Origin: an uncultured Bacteroidota bacterium
GTDB lineage: Bacteria; Bacteroidota; Ignavibacteria; UBA10030; UBA6906
DNA length: 64,000 bases
Direction of reading: 5' to 3'
Assembly: GCA_963700635.1 (NCBI GenBank)
Contig: CAVOYH010000004.1
Coordinates: 800,001-864,000, forward strand
Of the stretch, positions 1-9,622 are shown piece by piece (position 1 is the first letter of the stretch; each line of letters starts with the position of its first letter). Made by a program: the position numbers and the translations under genes. The notes beneath the pieces are model-generated. The model searched no databases. It was not told where the DNA came from and saw nothing but the letters and a program-made list of their open reading frames with translations.

Positions 1-617
1 GAGTGCTGGGCGGAACACAGTCGCTCCATACAAATTCCATGGACGAGACGCTTGCCTTGCCGAGCGAAAAGGCAGTAAAGATCGCCCTGCGCACGCAGCA
101 GATTATCGCGCACGAAACCGGCGTGATCAACACGGTTGACCCGCTCGGGGGAAGTTACTTTGTGGAAGCCCTGACCGACCGGATGGAACAGGGCGCGGAA
201 GAGTACTTCAAGCGTATTGACGCGCTGGGAGGCGTGATCCCCGCAATCGAACAGGGGTTTTTCCAGCGCGAAATTGCCGATGCGGCATACCGGTACCAGC
301 GGGAACTCGACGCCGGTGAAAAAACCATCGTCGGCGTGAACCAGTTTGTGGAAGAGGATGAAAATGTCACCATCCCGATTCTGACGGTTTCACCCGAGGT
401 GGAGATCAAACAGCGCAAGCGGATTGCCGAACTCCGAAGCTCGCGCAATGGACAAGACGTGGAACAGGCACTGGCCTCGCTAAAACAGGCCGCAACGGAC
501 GGCGCCAACCTGATGCCCCCGCTCCTTGTGTGCGCCCGCACGTACACCACGGTCGGCGAAATGTGCGCGACGCTGGCCGAAGTGTTCGGCGTCTATGAAG
601 AGGTGTCGGTGTTCTGA
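1..617 (+). CDS. methylmalonyl-CoA mutase family, catalytic (substrate-binding) subunit, 5'-truncated by window edge
   Basis: Motifs LGGTQSLHTNSMDE, ALRTQQIIAHETG, DPLGGSYFVE and IVGVN. The ORF ends without a B12-binding domain, so this is the split-type mutase. Confidence 0.92.
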   Translation, partial: VLGGTQSLHTNSMDETLALPSEKAVKIALRTQQIIAHETGVINTVDPLGGSYFVEALTDRMEQGAEEYFKRIDALGGVIPAIEQGFFQREIADAAYRYQRELDAGEKTIVGVNQFVEEDENVTIPILTVSPEVEIKQRKRIAELRSSRNGQDVEQALASLKQAATDGANLMPPLLVCARTYTTVGEMCATLAEVFGVYEEVSVF

Positions 618-696
618 TGTTCCATGGCCCGGTGCCGGCACGGTGTTTTGTTCCTGACAGAAATGCACACTACGACGATATACCATTGAGGAATAC

Positions 697-1805
697 ATGA
701 CCAGGTCAAAAGTTGCCGTTCTCAAAACCACTCCGAGACTGTCCTGCAGGACTATGCCCGGCTTGCAGAGCTTGCCGGAATGTCCGATGCGCTTGACAGA
801 AATGCCACGACAATCCTCAAGGACAATATATCCTGGCACTATCCGTTTCCCGCCGCGAACACGACTCCCTGGCAGCTCGAAGGGACAGTTCTCGCACTGA
901 AAAAGGCCGGCCTGAACGCGATCACGGCCGTTCAGAACAAAACCGTGGTCACCGATGCCTTCAAGGGGGAAGATCTTAACCGCTACGTTCCGATCTTCCG
1001 GAAGTATGACATCCCGGTCCTTTTTAACTTCCGCGAAACGGACATGAACTGGGTTCCGTACCGCCCTAAGAAGAAGATGCACGTTCTGGACATGATTTAT
1101 CCCGAGGGGATCACCATCCCGGATTACTTTGCCGGCAAAAACATCGTGCATCTGCCCACGGTAAAATGCCACATCTATACCACCACCACCGGGGCGATGA
1201 AAAATGCATTCGGCGGACTGTTGAACACCCGCCGCCACTATACCCATTCCTGGATTCACCGGACGCTTGTGGACCTGCTCGCCATACAGAAAGAAATCCA
1301 CACCGGCATCTTTGCGTTTATGGACGGCACAACGGTGGGGAACGGTCCGGGCCCGCGCACGATGTTCCCGGTCGTGAAAGACTATATCCTCGCAAGCGCT
1401 GACCAGGTGGCAATTGATGCGGTTGCGGCCAGGATGATGGGGTTTGATCCGATGTCGCTCGAATACATCCGGGTGGCCCACGAAGATGGTCTGGGAGTGG
1501 GGGATGTACGCGAGATTGAGGTGGTGGGTGCGGACGTCAGCAACGAATCGTGGGGCTTCCGGGTGGGGAACAACGGGGCAAGTATGTTCGGCAACCTCGC
1601 CTGGTTCGGGCCCTTGAAGTTTGCGCAGAATCTGTTCTTCCGCACGCCGATGGTCCATCTGTTCATCTTCGGGTCGGAAGCATATCACGACTACTACCGC
1701 TGGCCTTTGAAAGACCGGCGCGTGTTCGAGCAGTGGCGGGCGCAGACGCACTGGGGCAAGCTGTTTCAGACGTACGAACAACGTCAACCTGAACCTGTAG
1801 CATAA
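697..1805 (+). CDS. DUF362 domain protein (putative Fe-S protein), apparently with a 1-nt frameshift near 733-737
   Basis: GAGGA RBS precedes ATG697, which reads MTRSKVAVLKTTP. The frame of ORF 780..1805 continues TVLQDYARLAELAGMSDAL...LKDNISWH...HLPTVKCH...GAMKNAFGG...DQVAIDAVAA, typical of DUF362. Confidence 0.7.
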
Positions 1806-1806
1806 C

Positions 1807-2694
1807 GTGACGAAGAAAACCCGGGCAGAGCTTGCTCTGCTCGCCATGACACTGATATGGGGCGGAACCTTCCCGACTGTCAAGATCGGGATGGAGTTCG
1901 TCTCGCCCATTCTTCTTATCGCCATCCGTTTTTCGATCGCTGCGATCCTCCTACTGCTGTTTGCGCGCAGACACATCTTCCCCCTGCCGCCGGGGAGCAT
2001 CGCAAAGGGATCGGTGCTCGCATTGTTTCTGTTCCTCGGATTTGTCGCCCAGAATATCGGACTCACCATCACCACCGCTTCAAAATCGGCATTCATCACA
2101 GGCCTGATGGTGCTCTTCGTGCCGCTCCTCCAGTTTGTGATTGAACACCGGGCGCCGAAGATCGGAAACGTGGTGGGCATTCTGGTCGTGCTGGTCGGAT
2201 TGTGGTTCCTGACCTCTCCGGAGGGATCAGCACTGAACGCGGGTGACGCCCTGACGCTGGTGTGCGCTGTGCTGTTTGCGGTGTATATCGTGTACCTGGA
2301 TGTCATCGCCAAGGACATGTCCGCCATACAACTGCTGTTCGTCCAGATGGCATCAACGTCCGTGTATGCCATCGCCACGACGGCGGCGTTTGAGTCGGTG
2401 TACTTCGTTCTGAACGCGAAGTCTGTAGGGTCTCTTCTGTACCTGACCCTGCTCGCCACGTTGCTGACAACATACGTACAGACACGATATCAGAAGGACA
2501 CCACGCCGACACGGGCGGTGGTGATTTTTTCCGTGGAACCCGTGATTGCAGCATTCCTTTCGTATCTGATGCTCGGGGAGTTGCTCGGCCCGCTGGGCGT
2601 GCTGGGGGGCGCTCTCATTATTACAGGCGTGTTACTGTCCGAACTTTCTGACGGGATCCCGCTGCTGAAGCGTTCACTCGGACCTTCTCCTTGA
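1807..2694 (+). CDS. EamA/DMT family transporter
   Basis: About 10 hydrophobic helices; motifs IWGGTF, AIRF, SKSAFIT, GDALTL and EPVIAA. Confidence 0.9.
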   Translation: MTKKTRAELALLAMTLIWGGTFPTVKIGMEFVSPILLIAIRFSIAAILLLLFARRHIFPLPPGSIAKGSVLALFLFLGFVAQNIGLTITTASKSAFITGLMVLFVPLLQFVIEHRAPKIGNVVGILVVLVGLWFLTSPEGSALNAGDALTLVCAVLFAVYIVYLDVIAKDMSAIQLLFVQMASTSVYAIATTAAFESVYFVLNAKSVGSLLYLTLLATLLTTYVQTRYQKDTTPTRAVVIFSVEPVIAAFLSYLMLGELLGPLGVLGGALIITGVLLSELSDGIPLLKRSLGPSP

Positions 2695-2719
2695 CTTTCC
2701 GGGAGAGCCGGCGTATGTT
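2691..2719 (+). promoter_or_regulatory. sigma70-type promoter for acyP operon
   Basis: TTGACT-N17-TATGTT. Confidence 0.55.
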
Positions 2720-2735
2720 TACATGATAAATCTGA

Positions 2736-3008
2736 ATGGTGACGCGCGCGCATATTGTCGTTGAGGGACTCGTGCAGGGAGTCGGCTTCCGCTGGTTTAC
2801 AGCACGCCATGCGCACGGGATGGGGCTTAAAGGGCACGTGCGTAACCTGTTCGACGGGTCTGTGGAGGTGGAAGTGGAAGGGGACCGGTCGCTCGTCGAA
2901 GAACTCATCACACAGCTGAAGGTGGGTCCCCGATCCGCGCAGGTGCGCAACCTGCATATCGATTGGCGTCCACCCAGGAACGAGACAAAACCTTTTGAAA
3001 TCCGCTGA
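2736..3008 (+). CDS. acyP: acylphosphatase
   Basis: Motifs [23 protein letters not shown] and GP; 90 aa. Confidence 0.95.
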   Translation: MVTRAHIVVEGLVQGVGFRWFTARHAHGMGLKGHVRNLFDGSVEVEVEGDRSLVEELITQLKVGPRSAQVRNLHIDWRPPRNETKPFEIR

Positions 3009-3492
3009 AGATACCCTGCCGCGAACCGGCTTCGGATACGACGTCCACCGGCTTGTTGCCGGGCGGAAAATGATTCTGGGGGGCGTGGAGATTCCTTCGG
3101 AGAAGGGGCTCGACGGCCATTCGGATGCCGACGTGCTGGTGCACGCGATCACCGATGCACTCCTGGGCGCCGCGGCACTGGGGGACATCGGCAAACATTT
3201 TCCGAATACCGATCCGCAGTACCGTAATATCTCCAGTCTTGTCCTTCTCAAGCATGTCGGCGGATTGCTGGAGAGCCGGGACTTTGCCCTTATCAATGTG
3301 GACGCAACGGTGATTCTGGAAGAGCCCAGAATCCTTCCGCACGTTGACCAGATGAGGAAGAATATCGCCGGCGCGCTGGGTGTTTCACCGGATGTGATAT
3401 CCATCAAAGCGACCACGGGTGAACAGATGGGATTTGTCGGGCGGGGCGAAGGCGCCGCTGCCCATGCAGTCGCTACCATCGTGCGCTTCTAA
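2995..3492 (+). CDS. ispF: 2-C-methyl-D-erythritol 2,4-cyclodiphosphate synthase
   Basis: Motifs [36 protein letters not shown] and KATTGE. Confidence 0.97.
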   Translation: MKSAEDTLPRTGFGYDVHRLVAGRKMILGGVEIPSEKGLDGHSDADVLVHAITDALLGAAALGDIGKHFPNTDPQYRNISSLVLLKHVGGLLESRDFALINVDATVILEEPRILPHVDQMRKNIAGALGVSPDVISIKATTGEQMGFVGRGEGAAAHAVATIVRF

Positions 3493-3521
3493 CTGTCCTT
3501 CAGCCACCCGGATCTGATTTC

Positions 3522-4139
3522 GTGGAAGAAATTTTCCAGTTCCTCAGTACCATCGATCCGCTCTACGTGTACGGCCTCGTGCTGGGGCTGGCCCTCGTGG
3601 AAAACCTCTTCCCACCCGCGCCAAGCGATGTGATGATCGTGGCGGCCGGCTCACTGATCGGGATGGGACAGGTCGGCTTTGTGGAGACGCTTCTCAGTGC
3701 CACCGCGGGGAGCACGATCGGGTTTCTGATCATGTACAAGATCGGCGACTGGTTCGGCGACCATATTCTGGAAAAAGGAAAGATCAAATTCCTTCCGGTC
3801 GAATCGGTCTATAAGGTGGAACGGTGGTTCAAAAAGTACGGATACACAATCATTGTCCTCAACCGGTTCCTGACGGGCACGCGTGCTGTCGTCTCGTTCT
3901 TTGCCGGCGTTTCCGAACTGAAAATTATCCCTACAACGCTCCTCTGTTTTGTGAGCGCCCTCTTATGGAACGCAATCCTGGTGCTGGGCGGAATGTACCT
4001 CGGCCAGAATTGGGATCGGATCACGTTCTACCTGACCACCTATAGCCAGGCCGTCACGGCGCTTGTGATCGTCGGCCTGCTCATCTGGGTGGCCCGGTTT
4101 ATCTATTCCAGAACCAACGGCGGCAGGAAGGCACGATGA
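3522..4139 (+). CDS. DedA family membrane protein
   Basis: Motifs ENLFPPAPSD, F-KKYG, RFLTGTR and SFFAG. Confidence 0.9.
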   Translation: MEEIFQFLSTIDPLYVYGLVLGLALVENLFPPAPSDVMIVAAGSLIGMGQVGFVETLLSATAGSTIGFLIMYKIGDWFGDHILEKGKIKFLPVESVYKVERWFKKYGYTIIVLNRFLTGTRAVVSFFAGVSELKIIPTTLLCFVSALLWNAILVLGGMYLGQNWDRITFYLTTYSQAVTALVIVGLLIWVARFIYSRTNGGRKAR

Positions 4140-4753
4140 CGGAGTTCCTCTACGGACTGGATCTGGCTGTCTTTTCGTTTATCAACAGCGGACTCAGCAA
4201 CCCGATCGGCGATTTTCTCTGGCCGTTTATCACGGATTATGACCGGTATCTTCCGGTGCGTATCGTCCTGGTGATGGTGTGGCTCGGATTGATGATCAAG
4301 GGTGGGAAGAGGGGGCGGACCGTCGCCCTGTTGCTGGTTCTGGTGATTGTGTGCTCCGATCAGCTCAGCAGCTTCGTCATCAAACCGATGGTCCAGCGGC
4401 CGAGACCGTGCCATGTCGTGGACGGCGTCCAGGTGGTGGAACATGTCCATCTTCTCGTCCACTGCGGCGGCGGGAAATCGTTTCCTTCGTCCCATGCGGT
4501 AAATAATGTTGCCGTTGCGACACTGTTTGCCTTTTTCTACAGACGCTGGCTCTGGGCGTTTTTGTCATGGGCCGGCATCGTCGCGCTTTCCAGAGTGGCC
4601 GTGGGTGTCCACTACCCCTCGGACATACTCGGGGGTGCGATTATCGGCGCCTGCGTTGCAGGGGCCGTGCTCTGGCTGTGGAGCTTCGCCGGACGCACAA
4701 TCCTGCCGTGGCTGCGCCTGAACACGAAGGAGGTAGACCACCATGGCGATTAG
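4136..4753 (+). CDS. PAP2 family phosphatase (undecaprenyl-PP / lipid phosphatase-like)
   Basis: PAP2 motifs KPMVQRPRP, SFPSSH and SRVAVGVHYPSD. Confidence 0.92.
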   Translation: MTEFLYGLDLAVFSFINSGLSNPIGDFLWPFITDYDRYLPVRIVLVMVWLGLMIKGGKRGRTVALLLVLVIVCSDQLSSFVIKPMVQRPRPCHVVDGVQVVEHVHLLVHCGGGKSFPSSHAVNNVAVATLFAFFYRRWLWAFLSWAGIVALSRVAVGVHYPSDILGGAIIGACVAGAVLWLWSFAGRTILPWLRLNTKEVDHHGD

Positions 4754-6404
4754 CGAGTGGAGACGCAGACGCTTTATCCGTGTCCTGTTTGCCGTACTTT
4801 CCGGACTGATGCTGGGGTTCTCCTTCCCGCCCTATGAGCTCGGCATCCTCGCCTGTTTCGGTCTGGTCCCTCTGCTGGTGGTCCTGCACGGCGTCGAACG
4901 ATATGGTAATGCCTTCTGGTATGTCTATGTGACCATGTTCGTGTTCCACCTGATCAGCGTCAACTGGACAGGGGGATTTGTTCACGGGAACGATCCGTAT
5001 ATGATGATTGCGGGAAGCGCCACGATCATCATCCATCCGCTCTTCTATTTTCTTCCGATGGGGGTGTACCTGCTGGTTCGCCGGCACTTCAGCGAAACGC
5101 TTGCCGTCGCGCTGCTCCCGATTCTGTGGGTGGGATACGAGTACAGCCATTCGCTGAGCGAGTGGTCATTCCCCTGGCTCACGCTGGGGAACAGCCAGAC
5201 CTACAATCTTGCCCGGATCCAGTTCATCGAGTACACGGGGGTCTGGGGGCTTTCTTTCTGGATTCTCGTCATAAACGTCATTGCCTATCTGCTGTGCGTC
5301 CGGCTGGTCGAGCGCGGCCGGGGAATGTGGTCGCCCTCTGCACGCTGGCTTCTGGCTTCCCTCGTGGTGCTGTACGTCGCCCCGTCGGTCCACGGCTGGT
5401 TTGTGCTTAAGAATGCGCCGCCCTCAGAAACTGTAACAGCTCCGGCGCGTCCGGTGACCGTCGGGATGATCCAGGCAAATGTGGATCCATGGGACAAGTG
5501 GAAGGTGAAGGGGATCGAGACGTACACGCTGTATGTGCAACTCACGGGTTCGCTGCTCGACAGCGTCCGCCTGCCCCGTCCTGATATCGTGCTCTGGCCG
5601 GAAACTGCTTTCCCGTTCGACGTCATAAGCGATCAGAACCAGGAGCTGCTGGCGTCGCTCCAGGACCATCTGGCGGGATGGCAGATCGGGCTCCTGACCG
5701 GGCTGCCGCACAAGGTGGTGTATGAAGATTCAGCATCCGCGCCGCACAGTGCGCGGACGGACAAAACCACGGGCACCCGATTCGACTGGTACAATGCTGC
5801 GGCATACATCGAACCGTCCGGATCCACCCCGAAATGGTACGGGAAGATGAAGATGGTTCCTTTTGCCGAAAGGGTTCCCTACGCCGATCTCTTTCAGTTT
5901 GTGGATTTTCTCCGGTGGGATGTGGGCATCGGGGGATGGCAGATCGGACCTGATACAACAGTTTTCCAGGATGTCCGGACGGGCACCCGGTTCTGCACGG
6001 TGATCTGCTACGAGAGCACCTATCCGGGTTTTGTGGCGGAGTTTGTACGGAGGGGAGCGGAGTTTATCTCCCTGATCACGATCGACAGTTGGTGGGGGAA
6101 CATGTCGGGTGCTTTCCAGCACCAGCAGATCGCCGTGCTCAGGGCTGTGGAAAACAGGAGATGGATTACCCGGTGCGCAGTAGGCGGCATTTCGAGTTTT
6201 ATCGACCCGTACGGGCGCGCCCACGATCCCACCGAACTTTTTACGCAGCGGGTATTGAGCAGGACCATCGAACGAAGAAATGCCCTGACCTACTACACGG
6301 CGCATGGCGACCTGCTCGGTGAAATTGCACTCTGGCTCTCCGGCGCGTTTGCAGCGGCGGCGTTCGGCCAGATATTCCTGAAACGAAAACGGGCACTGGC
6401 ATGA
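4743..6404 (+). CDS. lnt: apolipoprotein N-acyltransferase
   Basis: N-terminal TM helices, FPWLTLG, and nitrilase-fold triad motifs [13 protein letters not shown] and ICYES; RAVENRR. Confidence 0.95.
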   Translation: MAISEWRRRRFIRVLFAVLSGLMLGFSFPPYELGILACFGLVPLLVVLHGVERYGNAFWYVYVTMFVFHLISVNWTGGFVHGNDPYMMIAGSATIIIHPLFYFLPMGVYLLVRRHFSETLAVALLPILWVGYEYSHSLSEWSFPWLTLGNSQTYNLARIQFIEYTGVWGLSFWILVINVIAYLLCVRLVERGRGMWSPSARWLLASLVVLYVAPSVHGWFVLKNAPPSETVTAPARPVTVGMIQANVDPWDKWKVKGIETYTLYVQLTGSLLDSVRLPRPDIVLWPETAFPFDVISDQNQELLASLQDHLAGWQIGLLTGLPHKVVYEDSASAPHSARTDKTTGTRFDWYNAAAYIEPSGSTPKWYGKMKMVPFAERVPYADLFQFVDFLRWDVGIGGWQIGPDTTVFQDVRTGTRFCTVICYESTYPGFVAEFVRRGAEFISLITIDSWWGNMSGAFQHQQIAVLRAVENRRWITRCAVGGISSFIDPYGRAHDPTELFTQRVLSRTIERRNALTYYTAHGDLLGEIALWLSGAFAAAAFGQIFLKRKRALA

Positions 6405-7444
6405 CCGCCGAACTGATCGATCTTCGAAGCGACACGCTCACAAAACCCTCGCCCGCAATGCGGCGCGTGATGGCAGACGCGGAGGTCGGGGATGACGTGT
6501 ATGGCGAAGACCCGACTGTAAACCGGCTGCAGGGGCGTGTGGCGGAGATGCTGGGCAAAGAGGCGGCGCTGTTTGTGCCAAGCGGCACGATGGGAAACCA
6601 GATCTGCATCAAGACCCACACCCGTGCGGGAGACGAGGTGATCGCCGAGGCGGAAGCTCATGTGTTTTTCTATGAGACCGCGGGCGCAGCGTTTCTCTCC
6701 TCTGTGCAGATTTATCCGGTAAAGGGTCATAACGGCGTCTTGAAAAAAGAAGATGTCCGCCGTGTTATCAGACCCGAGATCTACTACATGCCCAGGACCC
6801 GGTTGTTGTGCCTGGAGAATACCCATAACCGGGCGGGCGGGGCGGTGTACCCGTTAGCGGAGTTTGCGGAGCTTGCCGGATTCGCCCACGAAGCCGGCCT
6901 CGCCGTTCATCTGGATGGTGCGCGGCTCTGGAACGCATGCGTGGCCACGGGTGTCTCACCTTCGGAATACTGCAGACATGTCGATTCGGTCTCCGTATGC
7001 CTCTCAAAAGGGCTCGGCGCCCCGGTGGGGTCGCTCCTGGTCTCGACAAAGGCATTTGTTGAAGAAGCCCGGCACTACCGGAAAATATTCGGCGGCGGAA
7101 TGCGCCAGGCCGGAGTTCTTGCCGCGGCGGGGCTTTATGCGCTGGACAACAATATCGACCGTCTCAGGGAGGATCACGAGAAAGCTGCTGCATTTGCGCA
7201 GATCGTCGGCGACCTGCCGGGAGTCAGGATCAAAAAAGAGACCGTCCAGACGAACATCGTGACGGTGGACTTTTCCGGCACAGGGAAGAATGCGGGGGAA
7301 TGGGGCGCGCGGTTCCGCTCAAAGGGCGTGAGTCTGGGGCAGTCCGGGGAATTTACATTACGGGCGGTGGCGCATATGGATGTTTCGATGGACCAGGTGA
7401 TGCATGCGGCCCGGAGTATCGAGCAGAGTATGAAGGGGGCGTAG
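6401..7444 (+). CDS. ltaE: low-specificity L-threonine aldolase
   Basis: Motifs [50 protein letters not shown] and GGGMRQAG. Confidence 0.95.
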   Translation: MTAELIDLRSDTLTKPSPAMRRVMADAEVGDDVYGEDPTVNRLQGRVAEMLGKEAALFVPSGTMGNQICIKTHTRAGDEVIAEAEAHVFFYETAGAAFLSSVQIYPVKGHNGVLKKEDVRRVIRPEIYYMPRTRLLCLENTHNRAGGAVYPLAEFAELAGFAHEAGLAVHLDGARLWNACVATGVSPSEYCRHVDSVSVCLSKGLGAPVGSLLVSTKAFVEEARHYRKIFGGGMRQAGVLAAAGLYALDNNIDRLREDHEKAAAFAQIVGDLPGVRIKKETVQTNIVTVDFSGTGKNAGEWGARFRSKGVSLGQSGEFTLRAVAHMDVSMDQVMHAARSIEQSMKGA

Positions 7445-7449
7445 GAGCG

Positions 7450-7478
7450 AGCCCCTTTGCGGCAGGGGCTACATTTTA
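7450..7478 (+). terminator. probable intrinsic terminator after ltaE
   Basis: Hairpin AGCCCCT-ttgcggc-AGGGGCT followed by ACATTTT. Confidence 0.5.
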
Positions 7479-7479
7479 C

Positions 7480-7508
7480 TTGCTTTTTATTGGTGAAATG
7501 CCTATTAT
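7480..7508 (+). promoter_or_regulatory. promoter of rimP-nusA-infB operon
   Basis: TTGCTT-N17-TATTAT. Confidence 0.55.
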
Positions 7509-7524
7509 ACTTCAGTTTGTAGAG

Positions 7525-7551
7525 ATAGCCCGTAACGGGCTATTTTCATTT
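7525..7551 (+). promoter_or_regulatory. rimP leader hairpin (attenuator/terminator-like)
   Basis: ATAGCCCG-taa-CGGGCTAT followed by TTTCATTT, between the promoter and the rimP start. Confidence 0.6.
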
Positions 7552-7569
7552 GCATCAGCCAGGAACTCC

Positions 7570-8022
7570 ATGCGTCTTCCGGAGCCCGTCCGCCAGCTTA
7601 TCGAAGAAAGTGTTTCCGAGAGCAAGGCCCAGGTCGTGGATATCGTGTTTCGTGGTCATTATCGTAAGCCGGTAATTGAAGTCTACGTCGATTCTCCGGG
7701 CGCGGTGACCACCGATCTGTGCGCCGAAATCAGCCGGCGGATCAGTGCCGGACTTGACGGCAAGAATCTCGTGTCGGCGGAGTACCGATTGGAAGTTTCG
7801 TCTCCGGGACTGGATCGTCCGCTGAAGTACCTGTGGCAATTCCGGAAGCATCTTGGCAAGCCGTTCCGCATTACGCCGGCCGCACCCGGGAAGGGTGATG
7901 TGCTGACGGCCACACTGGCTTCGGTGGAGGAGGACGTGCTGGTGTTGAAGACTGCGGGCGACGGTGAGACCCGCTTACGCTTTACGGATATCCGGGAAGC
8001 AAGAATCGTGTTGCCCTGGTGA
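7570..8022 (+). CDS. rimP: ribosome maturation factor RimP
   Basis: Motif YRLEVSSPGLDRPL; directly upstream of nusA; AGGA RBS before ATG7570. Confidence 0.93.
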   Translation: MRLPEPVRQLIEESVSESKAQVVDIVFRGHYRKPVIEVYVDSPGAVTTDLCAEISRRISAGLDGKNLVSAEYRLEVSSPGLDRPLKYLWQFRKHLGKPFRITPAAPGKGDVLTATLASVEEDVLVLKTAGDGETRLRFTDIREARIVLPW

Positions 8023-8062
8023 CCACACCAGGCCGCACATGTAATCATTTGTGGAGGGAGTA

Positions 8063-9613
8063 ATGAATTCGGAAATCGTCGAATCGTTCGCGCAGATGGT
8101 CCGCGAGAAAGGGATCGACAAGGATATCCTCGCAGGGATTGTCGAGGATGTGTTCTCGATGATGGTCCGCAAGAAATACGGCCAGGAAGCCAAGTTCGAC
8201 GTCGTGGTGAACATGGACAAGGGCGACATCGAGATCTTCCTGGAACGGGAAGTTGTGGAAGTGGTCGAAGACCCGACGACGCAGATCGACAAGGAGATGG
8301 CGAAGGAGCTTTCGGGCGAAGATCTTGATGTTGGGGAAGACTATGTGGAGGTGGTGCCCCTGGCCACGTTCGGGCGGCGCCTGGTCGTGAGCGCAAAACA
8401 GAACCTGAACCAGCGCATCAAAGAGATCGAACGGGAACTGATTTACAATGAGTACAGCAATACGATCGGGGATATTATCGTGGGCGAGATCTATCAGATC
8501 CGGCGCAACGAGATCCTGATCAACCACAACCGGAATGAACTGATCCTCCCGAAAAACGAGCAGATGTTCAAGGAACGGTACAAGAAGGGTGATACGATCC
8601 GCGCCGCCGTGAAGGAAGTGCGGAAGAACAACGGCAACCCCGCGGTCATTGTTTCGCGCGCGGACCCGAAATTCCTCGCAAAGCTGTTTGAAATGGAAAT
8701 CCCTGAGATCTATGACGGGATCATCGAGATCAAGCGCATCGCCCGGGAACCCGGTGAACGGGCCAAGGTGGCGGTGGAATCACACGACGACCGCATCGAT
8801 GCGGTGGGCGCGTGTGTGGGGATGAAGGGCGTTCGGATCCATACGATTGTGCGCGAATTGAACAATGAGAATATTGACGTCATTAATTTTACCGATGTCC
8901 CGGAACTCTTTATCGCACGCTCCCTGGCGCCGGCAAAACTCAAAAGCGTGGAGGTGAACAAGGAAGACCGCACCGCCAACGTCCTTGTGGCTGCCGACCA
9001 GGTTTCCCTGGCCATCGGCCGCAACGGACAGAACATCCGGCTGGCGAGCAAACTGACAGAATACGAAATCAACCTGATCAAGGAGGGCGGCGACGAAGAC
9101 GAGTATGATATCGAGCTGGTGGATTTCAAACCCGAACTGGGCGCCGAACTGTACGACAAACTGATTACGGCCGGTCTTGAAACCGCCAAGGACGTCCTGA
9201 ATGCCACCATGGACTCCCTGCTGGCGATCGAAGGACTGGATGAAGCCAGGGTCAAAGAGATTCGTGACCTGATCCGCCGTGATCTTGAAGAAGCTGAAGT
9301 GGAAGACGAGGAACCGCAGGTGGAACCGGGGACACCGATTGCCACAGCAACGCCGGACGATCTGCCGCCGGGCGAGGCGGGTGCCGCACGCACTCCGAAC
9401 CCGACGGGTGCTCCTGTTCAGGCGCCGGACGCAACTCCCGCGAAAGACGCAACTCCCGCGAAAGACGCAACTCCCGCGAAGGACGCAGCTCCTGCGGAGG
9501 ACGCAACTCCCGCGAAGGACGCAACTCCTGCGGAGGACGCAACTCCCGCGGAGGACGCACCACCTGCGCCGGACGCAACTCCCGCGCCCGATGACGGTAC
9601 GAAGAACCCGTAA
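8063..9613 (+). CDS. nusA: transcription termination/antitermination factor NusA with repetitive C-terminal tail
   Basis: S1 and KH motifs AREPGERAKVAV, DAVGACVGMKGVRI and SLAIGRNGQNIRLA; GGAGGGAG RBS. Confidence 0.97.
   Translation: MNSEIVESFAQMVREKGIDKDILAGIVEDVFSMMVRKKYGQEAKFDVVVNMDKGDIEIFLEREVVEVVEDPTTQIDKEMAKELSGEDLDVGEDYVEVVPLATFGRRLVVSAKQNLNQRIKEIERELIYNEYSNTIGDIIVGEIYQIRRNEILINHNRNELILPKNEQMFKERYKKGDTIRAAVKEVRKNNGNPAVIVSRADPKFLAKLFEMEIPEIYDGIIEIKRIAREPGERAKVAVESHDDRIDAVGACVGMKGVRIHTIVRELNNENIDVINFTDVPELFIARSLAPAKLKSVEVNKEDRTANVLVAADQVSLAIGRNGQNIRLASKLTEYEINLIKEGGDEDEYDIELVDFKPELGAELYDKLITAGLETAKDVLNATMDSLLAIEGLDEARVKEIRDLIRRDLEEAEVEDEEPQVEPGTPIATATPDDLPPGEAGAARTPNPTGAPVQAPDATPAKDATPAKDATPAKDAAPAEDATPAKDATPAEDATPAEDAPPAPDATPAPDDGTKNP
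9428..9589 (+). repeat. in-frame 18-bp tandem repeat x9 (GACGCAACTCCCGCGAAA-like; DATPA[K/E/P])
   Basis: Nine consecutive 18-nt units read directly from the sequence. Confidence 0.95.
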
Positions 9614-9622
9614 AGGAAACGC

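Noticed and set aside
480-2459. 659-aa minus-strand ORF, and many other long antisense ORFs in the track
   Set aside because: These are shadows of clearly recognisable genes on the opposite strand in GC-rich DNA and have no motifs of their own.
9428-9589. Repeat array considered as a possible CRISPR
   Set aside because: The units are contiguous 18-mers with no unique spacers, lie in frame within nusA, and no cas genes are present.
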